This document shows, piece after piece, positions 17,804-28,628 of a DNA stretch of 64,000 bases (within the stretch, counting starts at the first letter, position 1; each line of letters starts with the position of its first letter). Below the pieces are notes generated by a model. The model was not told where the DNA came from. It made no database searches and saw only the letters and a program-made list of their open reading frames with translations. The DNA comes from Clostridia bacterium (GTDB lineage Bacteria > Bacillota > Clostridia > UMGS1883): NCBI GenBank assembly GCA_045546275.1, contig JAZQCM010000001.1, positions 183,079 to 247,078 of the forward strand. Direction: 5' to 3'. Both the position numbers and the translations under genes were made by a program.

Positions 17804-20800
17804 ATGAGAAAAGTATTAAGCTTCATGCTTACGTTGGCACTTGTATTGTCAGTATTTGCTGCAATACCCTTTACTTCAAGTGCTGCAAGCATGTCGGATG
17901 CAGATTTTTTTGCAAAATTTGATTTAACATTTTCCGGAATGGAAGACGTTAAAGCCGCAGTAGACAGAGGCGACTTTGCTACTGCAAAGAAAGAATTTGT
18001 TGAATATTTGTCTGAAAGAAAGGCGAACGGTGACGCTGCAGCGTTCCCCATTACTGCTGATGACGAAAACTATGGTCAGGCGGTGTTGCCTCTTGACAAT
18101 ATTTTAACAGGTCCTTACGAATTTGACGTTTGGCTCAACCGTTTCACGGTTACAAGCAAGGATTACGAGCTTTACGAAATTGACCTTACTGAAAAAACAA
18201 GCCAGGAATTAAACAACCAGGCAATTTCAATAATGCTTTTCGAAAGACAAAAGCAGGCTTTCCCAGTGCTTGTTGCAAGTAAGGAATATGCAGATTATGA
18301 GCCTGTCCTTGTTATTGAAACAGCAGAGGGTAACACATATGAAATTATGGCAAACCATGATACATATGTGAACAGCGGTGCTAAAACAACAACTTATGGA
18401 GATGCTACCGAGCTTTATGTCAAGGAGCAGAGCGATTCTCTTTCTGATGCCTTCGGCAGCCAGACAAGAAGAGCTTATATTAATTTCCCCTTAACAGAAG
18501 CTGCTAATCAGACCATTGAAAAAGCAACAATGAAGCTTTATGCAAAGTTGGCTTCAGATGCAACTGTTGATTCTTTGGATGTTCATGTAATAAGTGTTGG
18601 CGATACTATGTGGGACGAAACAAAGCTTACATGGGCAACAATCGGCGGCAATATTTATTCATATCAGAATGCCGATGTTCCAACATGGTATAAACCTGAC
18701 GGTGCAGACAACGAATATGAAAACGTTACAACTCGTTTCTGGTTTGCAAGAAGCATGGCGTATGAATATATTACATATCTCGAAAACCCCGAACAGTATG
18801 CAATCGACCATCCGCTTTATCCCGACGGCTCCGTTTTTGGTGAAAAGCTCATTGATTTAATGGATGCTTTTGCAACTCAGCGTTCTTACGGCTATAACCG
18901 TACGCTTGAAACAGGTGAAAGACTCAACCGTTGGGTTGACGTTTTAGATGCTCTTATTGACACACCTGCAGTTAAGAACAACCCCGATAAAGTTTGCAAT
19001 ATTATTTCTTTCATGTGGGGTGATTGCAATAGCCTTGCTACAAAGGATATTACAAACGGCTCCTACTGGTGGAGTAACTGGAGAATTGTTGCAAATGCAG
19101 GCTTCTTCAAGGGTAATGAGTATTTTCCTGAATGGAAAAACTATTCCACTTGGAGAAACAGAGTAGTTGGCAATATTGAATACACACTTGACCTTCTCTT
19201 TGTTGACGACATGAGCTTTGCAGAAGCAGGCCCTGCGTATGCAGTATGGTGTGTTGAACTCTTTGGTGACTGTGTGAGAATGGCTGACATTAACAACCGT
19301 CCTCTTGACAAAACCTTCACCGAAAAGCTCCGCTACGCAACACGTTTTGCTCTTGAAAGCCTTTATCCTGATGGTTATGATACAAACATAGGCGACTCTA
19401 ACTATAAGGACAGAATGAGCGTATTTGCAGATTTGGCTGACTACTATAAAAACGACTCAATCCTTAATGCCTTTGTAAACGGAACCGATGAAAACGACCC
19501 CGAATATTACTCCAGCATTTATCACGATTCCAACACAATGCTTATGCGTAACAGCTGGAATCCCGAGGATGCAGTTTATTTACAGCTTAACAACAATCCC
19601 TTTGACGGTCACGCACACCCCGACAGCAATGGAATTGTTATGTATGCATACGGCAAGCCCTTATTAGTTGACTCCGGTCGTTACAGCTATTCAAGCTTTA
19701 ACTCAATTTATAACGACCTTCGTTACGCTTCAGCACATAACACAATCGAAGCTGTTGGTCAGTCTATGGCAAGCCATGCAAACGCCGCTAAGCCCTTGGA
19801 ATACGCTGTTACAAACGATGTGTTTGACTTTGCAACAACAAGCCAGACAGGTTACAGTGGCACAACACATACAAGAAATGTTTTGTTTGTCAAGAACGGA
19901 TATTCTATCGTTACAGACTTCGTAACAGGCAGTACAAGCCGTGAATACCGCCAGAACTGGCACTTTATGCCATCTTCCAATGCTCAAATGAACGGCAATA
20001 CAGCTACAACCAACTTCTATAACGAAGCGAATATTGTTATAGCAAATGCAAACAGCACAACAGCTCTTATCCGTGATGGTTATCACAGTGCAGATTACGG
20101 CTTGGTTGCAGGAAGCAAGTACGCATCCTACGGAAAAACAGGCAGTGAAGTTAAGTTTGACACACTTCTTTGCCCTGTAAGAAAGGATGTATCTTCTGAA
20201 TATGCCGCAAGCGAAATTGCAGTTACAGACCTTGCAGAAAATGACAACTCCAAGGCTGCACTTGAAATTACAATTGATGGCGATACAAGCTACTACTATG
20301 TAAAGAATAAAGACACCGCAGATGGCAAATTCGGCGATTATACGACCGATGCAAAAATGGCATACGTTGCAGATGATGCTTCTTATGTATCTGTTGTTAA
20401 TGGTTCTTATGTTGAAAATGTTTTTGAAAGCAATAATAATGTTGCATCCATGGCAATCAGCTTTGAAAGCAGTTTTGGTGAAAACACAATTAACATTGTA
20501 GGTGACAAGCTTGTTCCTTCAACAGACAGCGATGCTGTTAAGATTTTTGTTCCAGAAGATGTTGATACAGTAACTCTCAACGGCAAAATGATTAGATTTG
20601 CCACAGAAACAACTGATGAAGGCACAGTAATTCTTGCAGTAAGAAGCACCGATATAACAGGTAGCGGAGAAATCAGCTTGAATGGCAAGGAATACAACAT
20701 CATTGGCGAAAACCTTATTACAAATGGTGATTTCTCTAACGGTACAGTCGATTGGACAAATGCAGCTACAGGTGCACAGTACTCCGGTACAGTTTCTTCA

Positions 20801-23326
20801 ACAAATGCCCATGGCGATTCTAAATCTCTTACAAACACAGGTAACGCCGGTGGTAGTGCAGTATCCACTTTAAGAAGATTTGTTCCTGTTGAAGGCGGAA
20901 AGAGTTACTATCTTTCTTATTACGCATATGCAACGCAAGCAACAACAGGCAATGCGCAGATGTCTGCGGCGGTTCTTACAAAGGGCGGTCCTGTTTATGG
21001 AAACTTTAACGGACTTACATACTACAACTACAATACTTATGGTGGTATGAACTCATGGTCTTCCGAATCATCTAACACACATATAGGCGGTAGTGTTTCG
21101 AGAGCCGATGACTTGTATGCTCAGGGTATGAATCATAAAGAATTTGTATTCAATGCTCCCGAAGATGCAGAGCATATTATGCTTAGTTTCTTTGCGTGGA
21201 CAGATACCGGCAGACTTTATCTTAGCGATTTCCAATTGCTTGAGCTTGAAGAAATCGTAAATGAAGACGAAGTTCAGACAACTGTTACTGTTGAGTTTAC
21301 AGATACAGAAGGTAACGCAGTTGCAGATAGTATTACAGAAGAAATAACAGAGGGCGAAATTTATATTTATGAAGCCCCGGAAACAATCACTTATAATGAT
21401 GCATATTATGTGCTTAACGAAGAGGAATCTCTTCTCAGCTGCAAGGTTGCAAAGGGTGATAATGTTATAAGCGCTGTATATGATAAGGTAGGTCTTGTAA
21501 CGATTAAGCACACAGATGCTTCGGGCAATGAAATTGCAAACAAAGAAACTTATGAATGTGTGATTGGCGAAAGCTTTAACGGAAGTAGCTATGCAAAAAC
21601 AAACCTTATTTTCGAATCAAAGGTTTACAATTATGTAGCAGACAGCAACGATGCAATTACTGTATCTGACAAAATTTCTCAGAATATAATTGAACTTCAA
21701 TACGAAGAAAGCGATGTTTCTTTTGATGGCAAACTTGCTTACTTCACATTTGATGATGAAGAGACTGGTTTTGCAAGCGAATTTGCAAAGGCGGATAGCA
21801 ATGGAGCTAATGTTCTTTCTAACGATGCAATGAAGGGCAAGAGCTTGTATCTTAACGGCACAGGCGCCAACTTCCTTAACCTTACAAATGCTGAAGGTGA
21901 AGCTCTTCTTACAGGTCTTGACGAAATCACAATCGTGTTCTTCGCAAAGGTTGTAGGCAGTGGTGCTAACTGGTCGGTATATATGGCTCCTGATGTGTCC
22001 TCGCAGGTATACGCACAGGAAAAATACGTTGGTATGCTTCACAACGGAAACCTTATTGTTGAAAGATATCTTAACTCGGGTTCACGTGCTCCTTCAATCA
22101 GTGCTTCTGATCCAATAGGCACATGGAAGAAGTATGCTTTGGTAATTGAAGAAGATGCCACAACACTTTACATCGATGGTACTAAGACAACTCTTGAATC
22201 TTCTTACAAGCTTTCTGATATTCTCGGAAGTAATTCTGTAGTTCAGATTGGTAAAGCAAACTGGGATAGCGGCGAGTATTTCAATGGTTATATTGATGAA
22301 TTTATGATTTATAACTACGCTCTTTCTGAAAGAGAAATTGCTGACATTGGTGGCAGTAGTAAGGTGACCGTAAACTTTGTTGACAAAAACGGCGCAACAC
22401 TTAAGGATAGTAAAACAATCGATGTTCTTTCGGGTGTTGAGCTTACGGAAAATGTAATTGGTTATGAAAAGCTTATTACAGTTGGCTCTGTTAGTTACAT
22501 GGTTAAGAATGTTGAAGGTCTCGGACAAGTTGCTAATGGTGCAGATATGACAGTTAAGGTTATTTACGCTGAGGCTGTTTCCTCTGAAGCTACATTTAAG
22601 GCAACAAAGGGCGACTCACTTCGTTCCGCTACAGATTCTTCTCTTTCCGATTTTGCAAGTGAAGAAGGCGGAGATTATCCTGCAAGACTTATGGCAGATA
22701 ATCGCTGGTATAAGAGAGCAGGTGTTGCAGGCTTTGCTGTTAGTGTTCCTGAAGACGAAATCATTACAAAGGCAACTGTTAAGCTTCACGTGAATGCTTC
22801 AAACGGAACAAACGGTGCAGCAATTTATGACGCGTCAAGCCTTCCCGAGGATTGGTCAAGAGGTAATGTAACAGGCTTTGCTCTTCCTGCCGAGCCCATA
22901 ACAACAGGTGTTGTAAGTGGTAGCTACATTACATTTGATGTTACTGATTATGTAACAGAAAACGGCAATGTAAGCTTTGCAGTATTTACAACAGTTGACC
23001 AACAGTACATTATCTACGATTCCGAGCTTACAAGCTATGTTCCTGAGCTTATTGTTGAAACAGCTAAGGAAAAGGTTACAAGCTTTGAAATTGTTGATGG
23101 CAAGGCCGTTTACACCTCTTACGACGGTGAAGATGCAACAGTTATGGTTGTTTACTACAGCTCGGACAATGAAGTGATTAAGGCGGTTTCTGATAGCGGA
23201 AATGGTGAAACTGTTTCTGTTGCTATTGAGACTGTTTCGGGTGCTGTAAGATACAAGGCTGTTGTGTGGAATTCCAAGAGTGCAATGAAACCCATTATGA
23301 AGCCAATTGAAGTTAATCTTAACTAA
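17804..23326 (+). CDS. Secreted 1840-aa multidomain polysaccharide lyase with a heparinase II/III-like catalytic region, flanked by carbohydrate-binding and Ig-like modules and a LamG/concanavalin-like domain
   Basis: Signal peptide present. The heparinase II/III-type motif FDGHAHPDSNG..GRYSY is readable. Two DNRLRE-like domains are present (N-terminal ..RRAYINFPL..ATMKLYAKL and C-terminal ..MADNRWYKRAG..ATVKLHV). There is a CBM-like module NGDFSNGTVDWT and a LamG-like module (GKSLYLNG...GYIDEFMIYNYALS). Confidence 0.65.
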   Translation: MRKVLSFMLTLALVLSVFAAIPFTSSAASMSDADFFAKFDLTFSGMEDVKAAVDRGDFATAKKEFVEYLSERKANGDAAAFPITADDENYGQAVLPLDNILTGPYEFDVWLNRFTVTSKDYELYEIDLTEKTSQELNNQAISIMLFERQKQAFPVLVASKEYADYEPVLVIETAEGNTYEIMANHDTYVNSGAKTTTYGDATELYVKEQSDSLSDAFGSQTRRAYINFPLTEAANQTIEKATMKLYAKLASDATVDSLDVHVISVGDTMWDETKLTWATIGGNIYSYQNADVPTWYKPDGADNEYENVTTRFWFARSMAYEYITYLENPEQYAIDHPLYPDGSVFGEKLIDLMDAFATQRSYGYNRTLETGERLNRWVDVLDALIDTPAVKNNPDKVCNIISFMWGDCNSLATKDITNGSYWWSNWRIVANAGFFKGNEYFPEWKNYSTWRNRVVGNIEYTLDLLFVDDMSFAEAGPAYAVWCVELFGDCVRMADINNRPLDKTFTEKLRYATRFALESLYPDGYDTNIGDSNYKDRMSVFADLADYYKNDSILNAFVNGTDENDPEYYSSIYHDSNTMLMRNSWNPEDAVYLQLNNNPFDGHAHPDSNGIVMYAYGKPLLVDSGRYSYSSFNSIYNDLRYASAHNTIEAVGQSMASHANAAKPLEYAVTNDVFDFATTSQTGYSGTTHTRNVLFVKNGYSIVTDFVTGSTSREYRQNWHFMPSSNAQMNGNTATTNFYNEANIVIANANSTTALIRDGYHSADYGLVAGSKYASYGKTGSEVKFDTLLCPVRKDVSSEYAASEIAVTDLAENDNSKAALEITIDGDTSYYYVKNKDTADGKFGDYTTDAKMAYVADDASYVSVVNGSYVENVFESNNNVASMAISFESSFGENTINIVGDKLVPSTDSDAVKIFVPEDVDTVTLNGKMIRFATETTDEGTVILAVRSTDITGSGEISLNGKEYNIIGENLITNGDFSNGTVDWTNAATGAQYSGTVSSTNAHGDSKSLTNTGNAGGSAVSTLRRFVPVEGGKSYYLSYYAYATQATTGNAQMSAAVLTKGGPVYGNFNGLTYYNYNTYGGMNSWSSESSNTHIGGSVSRADDLYAQGMNHKEFVFNAPEDAEHIMLSFFAWTDTGRLYLSDFQLLELEEIVNEDEVQTTVTVEFTDTEGNAVADSITEEITEGEIYIYEAPETITYNDAYYVLNEEESLLSCKVAKGDNVISAVYDKVGLVTIKHTDASGNEIANKETYECVIGESFNGSSYAKTNLIFESKVYNYVADSNDAITVSDKISQNIIELQYEESDVSFDGKLAYFTFDDEETGFASEFAKADSNGANVLSNDAMKGKSLYLNGTGANFLNLTNAEGEALLTGLDEITIVFFAKVVGSGANWSVYMAPDVSSQVYAQEKYVGMLHNGNLIVERYLNSGSRAPSISASDPIGTWKKYALVIEEDATTLYIDGTKTTLESSYKLSDILGSNSVVQIGKANWDSGEYFNGYIDEFMIYNYALSEREIADIGGSSKVTVNFVDKNGATLKDSKTIDVLSGVELTENVIGYEKLITVGSVSYMVKNVEGLGQVANGADMTVKVIYAEAVSSEATFKATKGDSLRSATDSSLSDFASEEGGDYPARLMADNRWYKRAGVAGFAVSVPEDEIITKATVKLHVNASNGTNGAAIYDASSLPEDWSRGNVTGFALPAEPITTGVVSGSYITFDVTDYVTENGNVSFAVFTTVDQQYIIYDSELTSYVPELIVETAKEKVTSFEIVDGKAVYTSYDGEDATVMVVYYSSDNEVIKAVSDSGNGETVSVAIETVSGAVRYKAVVWNSKSAMKPIMKPIEVNLN

Positions 23327-23330
23327 ACTT

Positions 23331-23392
23331 AAAAGGAGAGCCAATGGCTCTCCTTTTTCATAATAAAAGCTCAGCTTAGCTGAGCTTTTATT
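23331..23392. terminator. Two back-to-back intrinsic terminators between the convergent lyase and GH genes
   Basis: AAAAGGAGAGCCAATGGCTCTCCTTTTT and AAAAGCTCAGCTTAGCTGAGCTTTTA. Confidence 0.8.
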
Positions 23393-25356
23393 TAGTAGCA
23401 TATTGAATTAATTTCAGTACCTTTTTCTTCTGTAGGGGGCAAATCGCCATTTGCAACAAGATAAACTTCTTTGTGAGTAAGCTTTGCGCTTTCAACAATT
23501 TCGGTATATTCCTTGTTGCACACATCAACAAAACCAATCTGATAGTTTTCGCCATCAAAACGACCTAAATAACCTTGGTCATTAAGGGTAAAATAGTGCG
23601 CACCTAAACAGTAAGGGTGAGACGCACAACGATGCAGGTAATAGCGGTAAGTTTTTGCTCTGTCTTCCTGTGTGGCAACACCTTGTATACCGGTAGCATC
23701 CAATCCACGGTCCAATGCACCAAAGTGGAATTCACCAATCATAACCGGCATATCAACCAAATCAACAATATGCTGAATGCTTCCATATGGGTCGTGGCGG
23801 TAACAGTTGAATGAGAATACATCGAAATATTCACAGCCACTTGTTACGGTTTTGTTTGCAACCCATGCATAGCGCATACCAAGATTAAGGTGGTTTTTGT
23901 CAACTTTCTTTAACGCAAGAGCAGGAACTTTGATAAATTCTCTGACCATTTCTGCCGAAATTGACATTAAATCATCAAGGGCTGTTTTATTCAACAAATC
24001 TTTATCGATAGGTGAGTACAAAGCGTCAAACTCTGAAAAATCCTTTTCCCATGCAGCATTGAGGTTTGTAATGCAGGAATACTTATGCTTAAGGCTATCA
24101 ATAATATAATCCTTTGAATAGAACTTAACGTCACGCTCTAAGGTAACTGCCGCAATATTAAGCCCGTCAGAAAACGCCCAGTTAGGTTCGTTGCTCATGA
24201 AATAGCCGATCATGTTCTTATCATTTTTCAGCACTTCAAGCTGTTGTGCCCATTTTTCACTTTCAACGTTGTATTCAGGTGAAAAAACATCGGGAAAATC
24301 ACGGAAAATATTTTCTGTTGTACGTGGAAAACCATGAAGAATATGTACATAGGGAAGATTGGAGTTTTTAATGAAATTCATATCGCTCCAACAAGCAACT
24401 GTGTTTACACCCCAGTCAACAAGCCTTCTTTTTGTAATCTTTGTCCAGGCTTCATACCAGTTTTCGCCAAAAGTGCGATATAAATTGTATTTATGCCACG
24501 AGAAGAAAACTTCATCGCCAAATCTTCTTTTTGACCAACCGGGAGTGTCTTTGTCGGGAAGATAGTCGCAGAACGCTTCGATACCTGTAAGGTTACAGTC
24601 TCCATCAACACCCACGCAGTCAAGACCTGCGCTGAAAAATGCATATCCGTCAGGGTCCTTTAACCAGTATCGACCGTTCGCTTTTTCCAAAGCAAAAAAG
24701 CCTGTAGGTTCAAATTTTTTGCCAAGCCAACCACCATAGGCGGAAAGTCCTGTTATTGGATTGGCTGTTTTTTCATATTCATTAAATAAATAAGCTTTAA
24801 GCTCTTCCTCGTTATTAGTTTTTCCAATCCAGTTAGTTATTTTCTTTTGTCCCAGCGTGTCAACAAGCTTAACTTCAGGAACTTCATAAAAGGGCTCCTC
24901 ATTTGCAATATATGCATCATGAATTTCAAGAGAAACATCATTGGGAGAGGGAGAAACGCCAAACGCAAAGCCTGTCAAGTTTTTTAACTTTACAGGTGTT
25001 CCCAACACAACAGTCTTTAATCTGCCAGGCTTTCTCTTCAAAAAAAGCACACCGCCTTCAGCAGATTCTTCCTTCAAAGAAACAACAGTTTTTACATGTG
25101 GTAATAAACCTATTTTTACCGTTATATCGCTGTTTTTTCTATCGCTATCCCAAAAGTTAAGCGTAACACTTGTTGAATATTCAGAAAGGTTTGTAACAAC
25201 AAACACCACATATTCTTCGCTGTTACAGGCATAGGAACAAATTGTGCCTTTTTCGCCACGAAAATACAGCATACCGCCGTTTTTCGAAAAGGTGTATACT
25301 CCATTATCAAAAGTAACATTTTTCATTTCTGCGCTGTTAAGATCAATTTTTTTCAT
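23392..25356 (-). CDS. Putative clan GH-A (TIM-barrel) glycoside hydrolase, 654 aa, no signal peptide evident
   Basis: Candidate acid/base motif NEP (FMSNEPNW) and candidate nucleophile GEFH. No family could be assigned by eye. Confidence 0.4.
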   Translation of the reverse strand: MKKIDLNSAEMKNVTFDNGVYTFSKNGGMLYFRGEKGTICSYACNSEEYVVFVVTNLSEYSTSVTLNFWDSDRKNSDITVKIGLLPHVKTVVSLKEESAEGGVLFLKRKPGRLKTVVLGTPVKLKNLTGFAFGVSPSPNDVSLEIHDAYIANEEPFYEVPEVKLVDTLGQKKITNWIGKTNNEEELKAYLFNEYEKTANPITGLSAYGGWLGKKFEPTGFFALEKANGRYWLKDPDGYAFFSAGLDCVGVDGDCNLTGIEAFCDYLPDKDTPGWSKRRFGDEVFFSWHKYNLYRTFGENWYEAWTKITKRRLVDWGVNTVACWSDMNFIKNSNLPYVHILHGFPRTTENIFRDFPDVFSPEYNVESEKWAQQLEVLKNDKNMIGYFMSNEPNWAFSDGLNIAAVTLERDVKFYSKDYIIDSLKHKYSCITNLNAAWEKDFSEFDALYSPIDKDLLNKTALDDLMSISAEMVREFIKVPALALKKVDKNHLNLGMRYAWVANKTVTSGCEYFDVFSFNCYRHDPYGSIQHIVDLVDMPVMIGEFHFGALDRGLDATGIQGVATQEDRAKTYRYYLHRCASHPYCLGAHYFTLNDQGYLGRFDGENYQIGFVDVCNKEYTEIVESAKLTHKEVYLVANGDLPPTEEKGTEINSICY

Positions 25357-25376
25357 TTTCCATTCCTCTTTTCTGT

Positions 25377-26741
25377 TTACTTAAGCATATTTTCTCCTAT
25401 GCGATAAACATCGCCTGCGCCCATTGTAATAACAATTTCATTATCTTTGACACTTTCTTTTAAATATGCTTCTACTTCATCAAAAGTTTTTATATAAATG
25501 GCATTAGGAATGCAGTCTGCAAGCTCTTTTGCGCTTACAATGCCTGTATCCTTTTCACGTGCCGCATAAATATCAGTTATTATTACTTGTGCATCACTTT
25601 CGGAAAATACGTTTACAAAATCCTCAAACAAGGTTTTGGTACGGGTGTAGGTATGAGGTTGGAACACACACCATACCTTTGAAAAATCCATTCGTTCAGC
25701 TGCCGAAAGAGTTGCCTTGATTTCCGAAGGGTGATGAGCGTAATCATCAACAATTAAAGTGTTTTTATGAAAACCTTTCTTTTCAAAGCGACGATGTGCA
25801 CCATGGAAATTGAATAGTGCGTTAGCAATATCTGTTTTATCAACTTCGCACAAGTCGGCAACTGCAAAAGCCGCCAATGCGTTATACACACTGTGAGTTC
25901 CGGGCACGGTCAGTGCTACATTTGCATACAGAATGCCGTTTTTCAGCACATCAAAGGTGGGGCAGTCAAACCTGTCAAACACAATATTTTCTGCCTTATA
26001 AGTACAATTTGAATTTATACCAAAAGTTATAGCCTTTTTCTTCGTGTAGGAAAGCGCTTTTGAGACGTTGGCATCGTCACCATTTGCAATTATTGCACCA
26101 TTTAAAGCGGTTTTGTCGGCAAAATGTCCAAAAGCATCAATTATATCATCAAGGTCTTTGAAATAATCAAGATGGTCCGCTTCGATGTTTAAAATCAGAC
26201 TATAACGAGGTGAAAACTGCAAAAAGCTACGATGATATTCGCAAGCTTCGGCAATAAAATAGTCCTTTGCGCCAACCTTAAGGTTTCCGCCAATAACGTC
26301 AAGCTCACCGCCGATTGTAACTGTAGGGTCTTTTTCAGCTTCAAGAAAAATCTGCGAAATCATGCCTGTAGTACTGGTTTTTCCGTGAGTGCCTGAAATT
26401 GCAATAGGGGAGTTGTATCTTGTCATAATTGCGCCAAGAAGCGTTGCACGGTCAATCACGGTTATATTTTTCTCTTTTGCAGCAATAATTTCAGGGTTAT
26501 CCATTTTTACTGCGGCGGTATGAACAACAATATCCTGGTTTGTTATGTTTTTACTGTCGTGACCAATATAAATTTTAGCACCTGATTTTTCCAGATGATG
26601 TGTAAGATTACTTTCCTTAAAATCGGAGCCGGAAACAATGCAACCATCATCCATCAAAATTTTGGCAAGAGCACTCATGCTTATGCCGCCAATTCCGATA
26701 AAATGTATTTTTGTACCTTTTGTAAGCATATCAGAAATCAT
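25377..26741 (-). CDS. murC: UDP-N-acetylmuramate--L-alanine ligase
   Basis: N-terminal HFIGIGGISMSALA and Mur ligase ATP site GTHGKTSTT. Confidence 0.9.
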   Translation of the reverse strand: MISDMLTKGTKIHFIGIGGISMSALAKILMDDGCIVSGSDFKESNLTHHLEKSGAKIYIGHDSKNITNQDIVVHTAAVKMDNPEIIAAKEKNITVIDRATLLGAIMTRYNSPIAISGTHGKTSTTGMISQIFLEAEKDPTVTIGGELDVIGGNLKVGAKDYFIAEACEYHRSFLQFSPRYSLILNIEADHLDYFKDLDDIIDAFGHFADKTALNGAIIANGDDANVSKALSYTKKKAITFGINSNCTYKAENIVFDRFDCPTFDVLKNGILYANVALTVPGTHSVYNALAAFAVADLCEVDKTDIANALFNFHGAHRRFEKKGFHKNTLIVDDYAHHPSEIKATLSAAERMDFSKVWCVFQPHTYTRTKTLFEDFVNVFSESDAQVIITDIYAAREKDTGIVSAKELADCIPNAIYIKTFDEVEAYLKESVKDNEIVITMGAGDVYRIGENMLK

Positions 26742-26802
26742 ATTTTCTCCTCCAAAAAACGATTACTTTATTATTATATCAAAAAAAATTAAGAAATACT
26801 AT

Positions 26803-26831
26803 TGAAAATTTCCATTTACTTTGATATTATA
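26803..26831 (+). promoter_or_regulatory. Candidate promoter TTGAAA-17-TATTAT upstream of spoVG
   Basis: Hexamers at 26803-26808 and 26826-26831. Confidence 0.4.
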
Positions 26832-26896
26832 CAATTATAGATAAAAAATCAAGTGTCTTTTGGCAACTTGTTTAAGAAATTAGGAGGGAATTTAAT

Positions 26897-27166
26897 ATGG
26901 AAATCACAGACATCAGAGTTAGGAACATGACTAACGACGGAAAAATGAAGGCAATTGTATCGGTAACGCTGGATAATATGCTCGTTATTCACGACATTAA
27001 AGTTATCGAAGGCGTTGAAAAAATGTTTATTGCTATGCCAAGCAGAAAGAATGCGGAGGGCGAGTATAAAGATATTGTTCATCCCATTACAAGCCAGCTT
27101 CGTGAAGCACTTCAAAGTGCTATTCTCGCAAAATATGAAGAAGTTCTGAAGGAGCAGGATGCTTAA
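26897..27166 (+). CDS. spoVG: Septation protein SpoVG
   Basis: MEITDIRVR...highly conserved SpoVG sequence, 89 aa. Confidence 0.9.
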   Translation: MEITDIRVRNMTNDGKMKAIVSVTLDNMLVIHDIKVIEGVEKMFIAMPSRKNAEGEYKDIVHPITSQLREALQSAILAKYEEVLKEQDA

Positions 27167-27240
27167 TAGCTGAATCAGGCAGGCCTTTTTTCGCTTGCCT
27201 TTTTTCTTGTGTATATCAACAAAGTTTAGGAGATGAGTGT

Positions 27241-28602
27241 ATGAATTTTTCGCTTGTCGTTCTCGCAGCAGGTGAAGGAAAAAGGATGAAGTCCTCAAAA
27301 TCAAAGGTTGTTTTTGAGGTTTGCGGAAAAGAAATGGTTAATCATGTTATCGATGAAGCCGTAAAGGGCGGAGCCGATGAATGCTGTGTGGTTGTAGGCC
27401 ACAAGGCCGATATGGTTATGGCAGCAATCGGCGATAAAGCTGAGTTTGTTATGCAAACCGAGCAAAAAGGTACGGGCCATGCAGTTATGCAGGCTGCGGA
27501 TTTTCTTAGAAAATCTGAAAACGTTATGATTTTAGCAGGTGACACACCACTTATCTGTGCCGAAACTCTAAAAAGAGCAATGGATGAGCACATTGCAAGC
27601 GGAAATTCCTGTACCGTTCTTACAGCAGTTATTGACAATCCCTTTGGCTATGGAAGAATTATCCGTGATGAAAACGGCGATGTGTCAAAAATTGTAGAGC
27701 AGAAAGACGCAACAGCAGACGAAGCAGCAGTTTGCGAAATCAACTCAGGAATGTACTGCTTTAAAGCGGCAGAGCTATTGAAGGCTCTTGATAAAATAAC
27801 AAATAATAACGCTCAGAATGAGTATTATCTTACAGATACACTTTCAATCATGAAAACTGAAGGACTTAAGGTTGGCGCATTTATCGTAGATGACGCTACT
27901 GAAATTTCGGGTGTAAATGACCGCTTGCAGTTGTCTCAAGCTGAAAAGGTAATGCGTAAGAGAATTAACACATACCATGCATTAAACGGTGTAACCTTTA
28001 TTGACATTGACAATACTTATATCGAGCCCGATGTTACAATCGGTGCAGATTCTGTTATTTATCCCGGTGCGTTGCTTCAGAAAGCATCACATATCGGTAA
28101 AAATGTGGTTATAGGACCAAATTGCCGTATTGTGAACAGCACCATTGAAGACGGCTGTGACGTTTATTTTTCCACAGTTGTTGACAGTAAGGTTGGTGAA
28201 AATACACATGTTGGACCTTACGCTTATTTGCGTCCCAACAGCAATGTTGGCTCAAACTGCAAGGTCGGCGACTTTGTAGAACTTAAGAATGCATCCTTAG
28301 GTGACGGTACAAAGGTTAGCCATCTTACATATATTGGCGATGCCGAGGTTGGCAAAAATGTTAATTTCGGTTGTGGAACAGTTATTGTAAACTACGACGG
28401 CAAAAACAAGTACAAAACAGTAATTGGTGACAATGCGTTTATCGGTTGCAATTCTAACCTTGTTTCGCCTGTTAAAGTAAATAACAACGCTTATATCGCC
28501 GCAGGCTCTACCATAACGGAAGAGGTTCCGGAAGACTCACTTGCAATTGCAAGGAGCCGTCAGGTAATAAAAGACAACTGGAAAGACAGACGACAGAAGT
28601 AA
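27241..28602 (+). CDS. glmU: Bifunctional GlcNAc-1-P uridyltransferase / GlcN-1-P acetyltransferase
   Basis: [11 protein letters not shown] nucleotidyltransferase motif and C-terminal left-handed beta-helix hexapeptide repeats. Confidence 0.9.
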   Translation: MNFSLVVLAAGEGKRMKSSKSKVVFEVCGKEMVNHVIDEAVKGGADECCVVVGHKADMVMAAIGDKAEFVMQTEQKGTGHAVMQAADFLRKSENVMILAGDTPLICAETLKRAMDEHIASGNSCTVLTAVIDNPFGYGRIIRDENGDVSKIVEQKDATADEAAVCEINSGMYCFKAAELLKALDKITNNNAQNEYYLTDTLSIMKTEGLKVGAFIVDDATEISGVNDRLQLSQAEKVMRKRINTYHALNGVTFIDIDNTYIEPDVTIGADSVIYPGALLQKASHIGKNVVIGPNCRIVNSTIEDGCDVYFSTVVDSKVGENTHVGPYAYLRPNSNVGSNCKVGDFVELKNASLGDGTKVSHLTYIGDAEVGKNVNFGCGTVIVNYDGKNKYKTVIGDNAFIGCNSNLVSPVKVNNNAYIAAGSTITEEVPEDSLAIARSRQVIKDNWKDRRQK

Positions 28603-28628
28603 ACGCAAAAGAACGGAGGAGAAGCATC

